A DNA stretch of 36,616 nt from a virus (taxonomy: Duplodnaviria; Caudoviricetes): positions 1 through 36,616 of the IMG/VR virus record IMGVR_UViG_3300036798_000095; one strand, given 5' to 3'. Positions 8,792-17,567 of the stretch are shown here, piece by piece (position 1 is the first letter of the stretch; every line of letters begins with the position of its first letter). The position numbers and the translations under genes are program-made. The notes under the pieces are model-generated. The model made no database searches. It had not been told where the DNA came from and worked only from the letters and a program-made list of their open reading frames with translations.

Positions 8792-8824
8792 CGGCGAGTT
8801 TGGTCTAGTGCCCCGCTCATTTGG

Positions 8825-8929
8825 TTAGTGCCCGCCGAACGCGCGCAATGCCAGCGCAATCAGTCCGAGTGCAATAACATCCCACGCGAATCCTGTGACG
8901 GACATACCTTTGCTGTGACCGTGGCTCAT
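8825..8929 (-). CDS. 34-aa putative membrane peptide
   Basis: MSHGHSKGMSVTGFAWDVIALGLIALALRAFGGH; ATGA-coupled to the upstream gene; not in the ORF track. Confidence 0.5.
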   Translation of the reverse strand: MSHGHSKGMSVTGFAWDVIALGLIALALRAFGGH

Positions 8930-9081
8930 TTGTTCTGTACCTCGTAGAGTTTGGCCAACGCTAGCGCGCCAATGGAGCTATCGATTCGCCACAGTAAGTA
9001 GACCGGAATCACCCATCGCCAGTTCTCCAGCAGCCAGCCGATGGCGGTTGATGCCCATATTACCAGCGTCGTCATATTCAT
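8926..9081 (-). CDS. 51-aa putative membrane peptide
   Basis: MNMTTLVIWASTAIGWLLENWRWVIPVYLLWRIDSSIGALALAKLYEVQNK; ATGA-coupled, GAGGA RBS; not in the ORF track. Confidence 0.55.
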   Translation of the reverse strand: MNMTTLVIWASTAIGWLLENWRWVIPVYLLWRIDSSIGALALAKLYEVQNK

Positions 9082-9266
9082 GCGCGAATCCTCTTCCACA
9101 GGCGAACGATTGCTGCTTTGCGGCGCTGGTTGCGCTTGCGTCGGCGGCGCTTGCGTTCTTGAGATTCGTACCAGCTGTCGAGTGGATCGGAACTATCACC
9201 CATCATTCTGCTGCCGGTGTTGGCTGCGATGACTAGCAGCAGGAATATTACGATTAGCCAGACCAT
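9078..9266 (-). CDS. 62-aa membrane-anchored basic protein
   Basis: MVWLIVIFLLLVIAA hydrophobic N-terminus, Arg-rich tail, GGAG RBS before ATG 9266. Confidence 0.6.
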   Translation of the reverse strand: MVWLIVIFLLLVIAANTGSRMMGDSSDPLDSWYESQERKRRRRKRNQRRKAAIVRLWKRIRA

Positions 9267-9316
9267 GTGGTTCTCCGTTTGGTTGCGGGGGGCTGGTGTT
9301 GCCAGCCCCGATTCGA

Positions 9317-9852
9317 TTACTCGGCGTCTTCGGCTTCGACGTCGGCCTGCTCGACGGGCATGTTGGCCGCGATGAATTGCAGGGTTGCCTCGTCGCATTT
9401 CTTGAACCAGCCGCGCACGTGGTTGCCGTAGCACATGCGCTGGTGACCGGGGTTCAGGTGGTCGTAGCTCTTGCCCGGCAGCTTGCTTGCCACGAATGCG
9501 GCCAGCTGACCCAGCGGCATGTTCAGCAGGGCGAGTGCGACGGCGTCGCCGTTGTTCTGCGTCTTCTTGCCGTCGGCCTTGACCGCAGGGCGGTAGTTGG
9601 CGCGGTGGCTGCGAATGGTGTTGGCCAGATTCGACACGCCGGTGCTCTTGACCGGTGCTGCGTCTGCGTTCTCGTCCTTCAGCTCTTCCATCGTCTCACC
9701 GGATTCTGCGAGCAGCTCGGCCATCGTTACCTCGACCACCGGCTCGGCGTGATTCCGCTTGCCGCGCTTCGGGGCGTGGTAGTTCGTGTCCTCGACCACG
9801 GTCAGCGGGCCGGTGTGCTTGGTGTTCAGCTTGGTGTTGGTCTTGCGTGCCA
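9317..9852 (-). CDS. unknown protein, paralog of 5475..5948
   Basis: Contains HLNPGHQRMCYGNHVR; GAGGA RBS before MARKTNT; first gene behind its promoter. Confidence 0.8.
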
Positions 9853-9913
9853 TCGTTGTATTCCTCGTTAGGTTTGGGTTCGGTGGGTGGCTGGTTGCCT
9901 CTCCCACCCTTTT

Positions 9914-9942
9914 ATTATATCATGCCCGATTGGGCCTGTCTA
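9914..9942 (-). promoter_or_regulatory. sigma70-type promoter
   Basis: TAGACA-17 nt-TATAAT with TG. Confidence 0.75.
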
Positions 9943-10014
9943 CCATGCCGATCGTTATATGCCAATCGGCATGGTCTGCGCTCGGCGGCCGGGTGCATCA
10001 CCCGACCAACGTCT

Positions 10015-10043
10015 ATTATACCATGCCCGATCACTCCGCATAA
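10015..10043 (-). promoter_or_regulatory. extended -10 promoter, partial duplicate of 9914-9942
   Basis: ATCGGGCATGG-TATAAT versus ATCGGGCATGA-TATAAT; poor -35 (TTATGC). Confidence 0.5.
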
Positions 10044-10132
10044 TATACCAAGCGATATATAGACACAGACCACTGACCTGTGCTAAGTGCCGGAGGACCA
10101 GTGAATATCAAGCGGCCTGAGATTCAGGATGC

Positions 10133-10193
10133 ATCGCACGTGTCAAGAGACGTGAGACACGGCTGATCGCACGTATCATGAGACTTGAGATAC
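10133..10193. repeat. imperfect 28-bp direct repeat, two copies, 33-bp period
   Basis: ATCGCACGTGTCAAGAGACGTGAGACAC versus ATCGCACGTATCATGAGACTTGAGATAC (24/28 identical). Confidence 0.75.
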
Positions 10194-10399
10194 ATGTCTC
10201 ACACACGCTGAGACGAAGACCCAAAGATCAAAGGCCAAATCGCTGATCCAAAAAAGACCCAATCTGCTTTCCTTTTCCCCCGTCCTCTGTCGAAAATCCG
10301 CAAATCGGAAACATTTATTGCACATCCTCTCTCCTCAATCCTCCTGTGGGGGCGTGGTACGTGTGCGGTTTTTTCGCACACGTAGCCGCTTTCCCCATC

Positions 10400-10429
10400 T
10401 TGACAGTTTGGTGTCCGGTGTGCTATAAT
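10400..10429 (+). promoter_or_regulatory. sigma70-type promoter for the packaging/virion operon
   Basis: TTGACA-18 nt-TATAAT with TG. Confidence 0.8.
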
Positions 10430-10435
10430 TAAAAA

Positions 10436-10621
10436 ATGGACCGTGCCGAGCCGCCATTGGTAGTGCCGAGTAGTATGCGTTTCTATACGCAGCTAGTACC
10501 CAGTCTTATCCGCACGGGGAATTTGGGTTTGGCTAGGGATGTGGTAAAAGCGTTGAATTTAGTGGACAGGAGTCGAAACCATCTGTACAGGCAGGTGATA
10601 GGTGACATAAGGACGGTATGA
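10436..10621 (+). CDS. hypothetical protein, probably leaderless
   Basis: ATG lies 7 nt after TATAAT with no SD; ATGA overlap with terS. Confidence 0.5.
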   Translation: MDRAEPPLVVPSSMRFYTQLVPSLIRTGNLGLARDVVKALNLVDRSRNHLYRQVIGDIRTV

Positions 10622-11133
10622 TGGAAAGCATGACCCAAATTGCACCGACCCATCTCGCAATGAGGCAGCGCGTAGAAGCAGCCCGTGAATCTGGATACGT
10701 AAACCTTACTCCACTCCAACGACAGGTGGCGATTGAATTTGCCACCACCGGGCATACTACCCTCCAAATTGCAAAGGAAATGGGGCAGCCCCATGCACTA
10801 GTCAAAGGCGCGCTCGGGGATTTGGTTGTAAGGGCGTTTATCAGCGATCTGCAGCAAGAAATCGCGCAGCATAAGATTATAAACGCAGCATGGGTCGAGA
10901 ATCAGATCATCACAGTTTGGCCGCAGCTGATTGGCGAGGAAGAAGTAAACCTCGTGAACAGGATGGGAGAACAAATCACGGCCAAAAAATTCCACGGACC
11001 GGAAGTGGCATCGATTCTGAAACACTTCTCAGGCAACGCAGACCAGAAGAAAGCTGGAGGAGTGCAAGTCACGATCAATTTTGGTGAAATGGGCGTATCG
11101 CCCCCCGATCTGAAGATAGTGCATAATGAGTAA
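10618..11133 (+). CDS. terS: putative terminase small subunit
   Basis: Directly upstream of terL; HTH-like LTPLQRQVA...TLQIAKEMG; C-terminal VQVTINF strand. Confidence 0.65.
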   Translation: MMESMTQIAPTHLAMRQRVEAARESGYVNLTPLQRQVAIEFATTGHTTLQIAKEMGQPHALVKGALGDLVVRAFISDLQQEIAQHKIINAAWVENQIITVWPQLIGEEEVNLVNRMGEQITAKKFHGPEVASILKHFSGNADQKKAGGVQVTINFGEMGVSPPDLKIVHNE

Positions 11134-12562
11134 CATCCAACTGCCGTACATGTGGCGACCACGTGAATACCAGCAAGGATTCACGAATCACATGTTCGCT
11201 GGTGGTACTTTCCCGGAAAGGAAACGTGCGTATCTAGTTTGGCATCGGCGCGGCGGTAAGGACTCAACATCCATAAACACGCTAGCTGTCGCGAGTCAGA
11301 TGCGAGTAGGCACATACTGGCATCTGCTACCAACACTGAATCAAGGGCGCAAAGTCGTATGGAACGGTATCGACGGACAAGGACGCCGGATGATATTGCA
11401 GGCATTTCCACGCGACTTGATCGACAGCATGAACGACACGGACATGCTGGTAAAACTCAAGAACGGAGCCAACTACCAAGTTGTAGGCTCCGATAACTAT
11501 AATGCACTAGTCGGCTCGAACCCACTCGGAGTAATCTTTTCCGAGTGGGCACTCGCTGACCCTGCCGCATGGTCCTTCGTCCGTCCAATTCTTGCCGAGA
11601 ATGGCGGATTCGCTGCATTCATCACTACCCCACGCGGAAAAAATCACGCCCATGAACTCTACAAGGTTGCGGAAAATTCACCGAAATGGTTTACGTCTCT
11701 TAAAACCGTCCGAGACACTTATCGAGAAGACGGAACTCCAGTCATCTCAGAAGAATCTATACAGGACGAACGAGACGAAGGAGTCGAAGAAGAAATCATC
11801 CAACAAGAATACTACTGCAGTTGGGATGGATTCAACCGTGGCTCCATATATGGACGCGCCTTACTAAAATATGCGCAGACTAACCAATTCCCATTCGAAT
11901 ATGATCCGGAACTTCCGGTATATACCGCGTGGGACATTGGGCACCGCGACGCGACGGCTGTTTGGTTGTACCAAATCGTAGGGCAAGAAATTCACATCAT
12001 TGACTACCTCGAAGGTAATCAGAAAGATGCCGATGAATGGCTAGACGAACTGGAGAAACTACCTTATGCGTTCGGCGTACCCGTGTTACCACACGATTCA
12101 AAGGCGAAAACGTTTGCATCTAGCAAAACGACGTTTATGCGGTTCTCAGAGCGTAAATTTCAGCCTTACGTGGTGTCGGCAGGGTTTACGCTGGCACAAG
12201 GCATACAAGCAGTACGCGCTCTATTAAAGAACGTATATTTCGACACCACTCCGCATGTTGCCAAAGCAGATTCAGTGCAAAAGGGCGTGCGGTTTGGCCT
12301 CGACCGATTGGGTTCCTACCAGTACACATGGGATGAGAAACTCAAAGTATTCTCTTCCGAGCCACTCCACGACCATAACAGCCACTGCGCGGACGCAATG
12401 CGGATGCTCGCACTGGCTTCGAATATTATCGGAAACCACGCGCAGAAGCACACAACAACTCGGGACCATAAGATTATGACACCGATGGGTCCTGCACTGA
12501 ATCTGGAATCACTCTTCGCTGAACGCGAAGCGGCTCGGAACTCCTATGCGAGGGTCAAGTAA
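11126..12562 (+). CDS. terL: terminase large subunit
   Basis: PREYQ, VWHRRGGKD (Walker A), GVIFSE (Walker B), TTPRGKN, nuclease AWDIG and SHCADAMR. Confidence 0.93.
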   Translation: MSNIQLPYMWRPREYQQGFTNHMFAGGTFPERKRAYLVWHRRGGKDSTSINTLAVASQMRVGTYWHLLPTLNQGRKVVWNGIDGQGRRMILQAFPRDLIDSMNDTDMLVKLKNGANYQVVGSDNYNALVGSNPLGVIFSEWALADPAAWSFVRPILAENGGFAAFITTPRGKNHAHELYKVAENSPKWFTSLKTVRDTYREDGTPVISEESIQDERDEGVEEEIIQQEYYCSWDGFNRGSIYGRALLKYAQTNQFPFEYDPELPVYTAWDIGHRDATAVWLYQIVGQEIHIIDYLEGNQKDADEWLDELEKLPYAFGVPVLPHDSKAKTFASSKTTFMRFSERKFQPYVVSAGFTLAQGIQAVRALLKNVYFDTTPHVAKADSVQKGVRFGLDRLGSYQYTWDEKLKVFSSEPLHDHNSHCADAMRMLALASNIIGNHAQKHTTTRDHKIMTPMGPALNLESLFAEREAARNSYARVK

Positions 12563-14646
12563 TGTCAACCTCACGCGATGACGTGGCGCGAATCCTCGGT
12601 CAGCAAACCGGGTCGCCCAGTACACCAATCAGCCAGCCGCAAAACAATCAGGATGATATTAAAAAGGACTTAGAAGCCCACGCTGAAGCCCCTGCCCAAC
12701 CGCCCGACAATCCATGGCCGACGCGTTTGGCGACATGGAAGAACTTCTCAGAAAAGATGCATACGCGCGGCCAGCAGATTGAAGCACGCTACGAGGACGA
12801 GCGTGATAACGCGGTTGCTGCAATGGGCACCCAGATGGGAGCGTCAGTAAAGCGCGTAAATACATTCTACTCTAATGTGACCGTGATCAAGGAGTCCCTC
12901 TACAACAGTCTGCCAGAACCCGATGTCAATCGCATGCATCAAGGCGATTTTGACAATGAGCCGGCACGCGTGGCAGCGACAATCATTGAACGGGGTTTAA
13001 CTTATGAAATCCGATGCGCAAAATACTTCGACACAGCGATCAAGGCTTCAATCCTTGACCGATTGGTTCCTGGCATGGGTACATTGTGGGTCAACTGGAC
13101 GCCACAAAAAACCCGAGGTACCCGAACCATTCCCGAAGCCATATCAGTCGACATCGTCTACTGGCGAGACTTCATCTACGAACCCCAACGAGCCTGGGAA
13201 CAAGTAACATGGGCAGGCCGCATGCTGCATATGGAGAAGGATGCAGCCAAGAAACGGTGGGGCGAATGGGCGCTGAGCTGCGCCAAGAATAGCACATCGG
13301 ATTTCCTGATGTCGGACAGGGAAATCAATGAGGGGAAAGTTAACGTCATTGAGATGTGGGATAAGACCAATTTGGTCATGCACTTCATGCGGCCTGATGG
13401 TTTTATCCTCCAAACTGTGCCCGATCCGTATGAACTCATCGAGTTTTGGCCGTGTCCGAAACCAATGATGGCGTCTCCGAGCACCCGCAAATTCCTGCCG
13501 CTGCCCGATTACTACATGGCGCAGGATCAATATCTGGAGCTAGATATCCTGTACATGCGTATCAACCTCATCATTGAGGCTGTGCGCGTCGCGGGCGTGT
13601 ATGACTCCAGCGTGCCGGAAATCGGGCGCATGTTGTCGGGTACAGAGAATAAGCTGATCCCGGTTGATAACTGGGCCATGTTCGCGGACAAGGGTGGCGT
13701 CAAGGGTGTAATCGACTGGTTCCCGGTCGAGCAGATTACCGGCGTTCTGCAGCAATTAACCTCGACCTACACATTTATCAAACAGGAGCTATACGAAGTC
13801 ACTGGAATGGCTGACATTGTCCGTGGTAGCACCAATCAGTACGAGACAGCAGCCGCGCAACAGATCAAGGCGCAATTTGCATCGGTCCGACTCAACGCCT
13901 TCCAGCGTGACGTCGCATTCTTTGTGCGCGACTCGGTCCGTATCATGGCCGAAATGATGTGCCAGCTGTACTCAGACACTAAGCTGAGTCAAGTATGCGG
14001 CCAGCTGCCGCAGGGCGATCAACAATATATCCAGCAAGCGCTGCAGATCATCCGCAATGACTTCATGATGATGTACAACGTGGATATTAGCTCGGATTCC
14101 TTGACTCAGGCCGACTGGAGCCTGCAACAGGGTCAGCGTCAATCCTACGTTCAGGTACTCGCGCAGTTCTTCCAGACCGCACTTCCGGTCGCGCAGCAGA
14201 TGCCGATGTTGGCACCACTACTCGTGCAGATGATCAAGTTTGCTTCCGTCGGGTTCAAGGGCGCTTCGGATTTGGAGTCCACGCTCGATTCTGTACTCGG
14301 TCAGTTGCAACAGCAGGCACAAGCCGCTGCACAAGGCGGTGGACAGGGTCAAGGACAGCAAGACCCGGCGCAGCAGAAGCTCGCTGCACAGATTCAGCTG
14401 CTCCAGATGGAGGCCCAGTTCAAGCAACAGAATCAAGAACAGACCATGGCTCATCGCCAGCAAATGCATGACTCGGAGTTGTCGTTCAAGCAGCAGTCGC
14501 AGCAAATTGACCTGCAGGCCAAACAAGCATCGTCTGGCATTAAGCTAAGCACCGACGCAATATCCGGCGCACAGGACGTGCATCATCAGGTGACTATGAA
14601 CAGTATCAAGCAAGGTGGCGCAGCAGCGGCTGCATCGGAGGTGTAA
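12562..14646 (+). CDS. portal protein
   Basis: 694 aa after terL; YEVTGMADIVRG...ETAAAQQIKAQF; Gln-rich C-terminal barrel typical of P22-like portals. Confidence 0.85.
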   Translation: MSTSRDDVARILGQQTGSPSTPISQPQNNQDDIKKDLEAHAEAPAQPPDNPWPTRLATWKNFSEKMHTRGQQIEARYEDERDNAVAAMGTQMGASVKRVNTFYSNVTVIKESLYNSLPEPDVNRMHQGDFDNEPARVAATIIERGLTYEIRCAKYFDTAIKASILDRLVPGMGTLWVNWTPQKTRGTRTIPEAISVDIVYWRDFIYEPQRAWEQVTWAGRMLHMEKDAAKKRWGEWALSCAKNSTSDFLMSDREINEGKVNVIEMWDKTNLVMHFMRPDGFILQTVPDPYELIEFWPCPKPMMASPSTRKFLPLPDYYMAQDQYLELDILYMRINLIIEAVRVAGVYDSSVPEIGRMLSGTENKLIPVDNWAMFADKGGVKGVIDWFPVEQITGVLQQLTSTYTFIKQELYEVTGMADIVRGSTNQYETAAAQQIKAQFASVRLNAFQRDVAFFVRDSVRIMAEMMCQLYSDTKLSQVCGQLPQGDQQYIQQALQIIRNDFMMMYNVDISSDSLTQADWSLQQGQRQSYVQVLAQFFQTALPVAQQMPMLAPLLVQMIKFASVGFKGASDLESTLDSVLGQLQQQAQAAAQGGGQGQGQQDPAQQKLAAQIQLLQMEAQFKQQNQEQTMAHRQQMHDSELSFKQQSQQIDLQAKQASSGIKLSTDAISGAQDVHHQVTMNSIKQGGAAAAASEV

Positions 14647-14647
14647 T

Positions 14648-14860
14648 GTGCCTGCAGTATCGAAAGCCCAGCATAACTTTTTCGAGATGCTTAAGAATAA
14701 CCCGAAGATGGCCAAACAGAAAGGGGTCAGTCAGAAGGTTGCCGAAGATTTTTCCAAGAACTCCCCGAAGGGATTACCGGAGCGGGTGGCCAAGGTCAAT
14801 GCACTCAAGAAGGCCAAGCCGTCCAGTGTCAATAGCGACGACCCGGCTGATGGCCTATGA
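14648..14860 (+). CDS. small basic phage protein
   Basis: GTG start (MPAVSKAQHNFF...KGVSQKVAEDF), a pattern common in podophage head modules; ATGA overlap downstream. Confidence 0.55.
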   Translation: MPAVSKAQHNFFEMLKNNPKMAKQKGVSQKVAEDFSKNSPKGLPERVAKVNALKKAKPSSVNSDDPADGL

Positions 14861-15276
14861 TTTACGAATATCTGTGCGACCGCTGTGATCGCCACTGGGA
14901 TCGAGTGTGCAGTTTGGCTGCGTATGAGTCAAACCCGGACGCATTTTGTCCCTATTGCGACGGTGTAGGTCGGCAGGTGCTGAGTGCCCCCTCCCTCATT
15001 ACCGGTGCCAAAGCGTTCGAGTCGTTCGTCTCTCCCGTTGACGGAAGCCTCATCACTAATAAACGGGGCCTTCGTGAGCATAACAAACGCAACGGAGTGG
15101 TCAATCTGCACGATGGGTATGACGAAAAAGGCGTTCGACGGATGACCGAACGTAATTATCAGGCGGAACTGGACAAAGACAATGCCGCCGATCTCAAGAA
15201 AGATGCCGAGAAGTCTATTGAGAAACTTAACAATGGCTACCAGCCCCATGTAGAAAAAGAGGTAATACCATCATGA
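14857..15276 (+). CDS. FmdB-like zinc-ribbon protein
   Basis: MIYEYLCDRC...CPYC; SPVDG..I......REHNKRNG. Confidence 0.7.
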   Translation: MIYEYLCDRCDRHWDRVCSLAAYESNPDAFCPYCDGVGRQVLSAPSLITGAKAFESFVSPVDGSLITNKRGLREHNKRNGVVNLHDGYDEKGVRRMTERNYQAELDKDNAADLKKDAEKSIEKLNNGYQPHVEKEVIPS

Positions 15277-16391
15277 ACGGGATTGAAGACGATGTCCAAG
15301 CTGCTGTATCTTCTCTTGAAGGCACTGCCGCCGCTCCTGCACCTGCTTCTGCACCCGCTGCAGCCCCTGTCGCGAGTGATTTCGCACCTGTAGTAGCCGA
15401 TAAAACTCCCACACGTGGCGAAGATGGCCGCTTCCAGCCAATCGCTCCTGTTCCGGTAGAAGATCGGACCGCAAAACCCGCAGAGCCTGCCAAAGAACCT
15501 GTCAAGGAACCCGCTGCAGCGGCTCCAGCACCTGCACCGGCCCCCGTTGAGGCTGCAGCGGGCGCTGTGAAGCTCGATCCCAGCAAGCCGCCGAGTTCTT
15601 GGACCCCACAAATGCGTGACAAGTGGTCCACGATACCTGAAGATATCCGTAACGAGGTCATTCGACGCGAAGAAGCGATGGCTCAAGGTGTCCAGAAGCT
15701 TCAGGCACAGTACGAACCTGCCAGCAAAATGTTCCAGCAGGTATCTCAGTACAATGAATACTTCAAGCATATTAATCGAGAGGCTCCGGAATATCTCGAC
15801 GATATGATTCGGACTGAGCAGATGCTCACTCTGGGCAATCCGGCACAGAAGGTAGAGTTGCTTCTGAATTTGGCGGACTCTTACGGGGTACCAATCCGCT
15901 CTGCGCTGGATTCAGCGCTTAACGGTGGCCTCAAAGATATGATCAAACAGTCTCATGAGCAATTCCAAACGCCGCCGCCGCTGCCCCCGGCCATTATAAA
16001 GGAGCTGAATGAACTTCGAACCGATCGGCAGCAGATGTTGGATAGTGCTGCGGATGCTGAACTAGCCCAGTTCAATTCCGTTGACCGTCCATTCTTTAAT
16101 CAGGTACGTGATAATATGATCCGACTGATCGAGACGGGTGCTGCGAAGGGTTACGAAGACGCTTACGACATGTCGTGCTGGGCAAATGCCGACATCAGGG
16201 CTAAGATGGTCGCTCAGCAAAATGGCCAAGCCCAAGCAAATGGCGTTCAGACTCGTCAGGCGGCTGCGGCACAGGTTTCGACCCCTGCAGCGGCTGCTGT
16301 GCAGGGTGTGACGGTTGTTGACCCAAACGAGGATATTTACGCGACTGTCACGCGGGCTTGGAACGCGGCCGAATCAGGCGGCCGAGTGTAA
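15273..16391 (+). CDS. capsid scaffolding protein
   Basis: Immediately before the major capsid gene; RGEDGRF, Pro/Ala linker, PPSSW...W..IP...R.EV.RRE helical core. Confidence 0.75.
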   Translation: MNGIEDDVQAAVSSLEGTAAAPAPASAPAAAPVASDFAPVVADKTPTRGEDGRFQPIAPVPVEDRTAKPAEPAKEPVKEPAAAAPAPAPAPVEAAAGAVKLDPSKPPSSWTPQMRDKWSTIPEDIRNEVIRREEAMAQGVQKLQAQYEPASKMFQQVSQYNEYFKHINREAPEYLDDMIRTEQMLTLGNPAQKVELLLNLADSYGVPIRSALDSALNGGLKDMIKQSHEQFQTPPPLPPAIIKELNELRTDRQQMLDSAADAELAQFNSVDRPFFNQVRDNMIRLIETGAAKGYEDAYDMSCWANADIRAKMVAQQNGQAQANGVQTRQAAAAQVSTPAAAAVQGVTVVDPNEDIYATVTRAWNAAESGGRV

Positions 16392-16399
16392 TCACAATC

Positions 16400-16429
16400 T
16401 TGACGGCGACCCCCCGCCCGTGCTATACT
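16400..16429 (+). promoter_or_regulatory. sigma70-type promoter for the capsid gene
   Basis: TTGACG-18 nt-TATACT with TG; the -10 sits inside an inverted repeat. Confidence 0.7.
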
Positions 16430-16527
16430 TTCGAGTACGGGCGGGCACGCTGACACCAAGCACCCGATCCTGTGGAGCTGACCTCCGAAGGTGAATAGTA
16501 ACCTCAACCCTTCCGGAGGACCTCCAA

Positions 16528-17484
16528 ATGGCATTCCCGAATGTAAGCGATATCATCGCCACCACAATCGAAGCGCGTAACCGCAAGATCGCGGACAACG
16601 TGACCAAAAACAATGCGTTGCTGATGCGCTTGTCGCAGCGCGGTCGCATGCGTCCATTCTCAGGCGGTCGCCTGATCTACGAAGAGCTTTCCTTCGCACA
16701 GAATGGCAATGCTGGGTGGTATTCGGGTTATGATCTGCTGCCCGTTGCCGCACAGGACGTACTGTCGGCGGCGCAGTTCGATATCAAGCAAGCTGCTTGC
16801 CCGGTTGTGATTTCCGGTCTCGAACAGCTGCAGAACGCCGGTCCGGCGCAGATGATCGACCTGATCGCTGCGCGTTTGGACGTTGCCGAATCCACAATGC
16901 GCAACCTCGTTTGTGGCGGTCTATACGCCGATGGTACCGGCTCCGGTGGCAAGGAAATCACCGGCTTAAATGCAGCTGTTCCCGTCGATCCGACCACCGG
17001 CATTTATGGTGGCATCGATCGCAGCACGTGGAATTTCTGGCGTTCTGCAACGTCAACTGGTGCATCAGCTTCTGCCACTGTGCAGGCGGCATTCAATAGC
17101 CTGTGGTCGAAGCAGGTACGTGGTGCCGATCGCCCGGACCTAGTGATTGTCGACAACGTCATTTGGACCGCATATATCACCAGCTTGCAGGCGCAGCAGC
17201 GCTTCACGCAGGCTGAAACTGGTGCGCTTGGTTTCCCGACGCTCAAGTACATGGATGCCGACGTTGCACTCGACGGCGGTATTGGTGGCTTCTGCCCGGC
17301 CAGCACTGGCTTCATGTTGAACACGGACTACATTAGCTTCCGTCCGCATTCGGCTCGTAACTTCGTTCCTCTGTCTCCGAATAAGCGGTACTCCATCAAC
17401 CAAGATGCGGAGGTGCAAATCTTGGCATGGGCAGGCAACCTTACTACGCGCGGTGCGCAGTTCCAGGGTCGTCTGGAAGCATAA
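16528..17484 (+). CDS. major capsid protein
   Basis: 318 aa; IIATTIE.R...IADNVTKNNALL, WYSGYD.L and NQDA.VQ...WAGNLT; GGAGG RBS; position after scaffold. Confidence 0.9.
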   Translation: MAFPNVSDIIATTIEARNRKIADNVTKNNALLMRLSQRGRMRPFSGGRLIYEELSFAQNGNAGWYSGYDLLPVAAQDVLSAAQFDIKQAACPVVISGLEQLQNAGPAQMIDLIAARLDVAESTMRNLVCGGLYADGTGSGGKEITGLNAAVPVDPTTGIYGGIDRSTWNFWRSATSTGASASATVQAAFNSLWSKQVRGADRPDLVIVDNVIWTAYITSLQAQQRFTQAETGALGFPTLKYMDADVALDGGIGGFCPASTGFMLNTDYISFRPHSARNFVPLSPNKRYSINQDAEVQILAWAGNLTTRGAQFQGRLEA

Positions 17485-17567
17485 GTTGGGCGGGGGCGCT
17501 CGGCGGTGGTTTCTTGCGGCTCCACCTGAAAAAATGCCGCTCACATATTCTTCCGGAGGCCAGTACA

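Noticed and set aside
8479-8859. 126-aa minus-strand ORF
   Set aside because: It spans the GGWCC cluster and a promoter, has no RBS, and its composition reflects GC-rich non-coding DNA.
10133-10193. Mini-CRISPR array
   Set aside because: Only two imperfect copies separated by 5 nt; no spacer-length gap and no cas genes.
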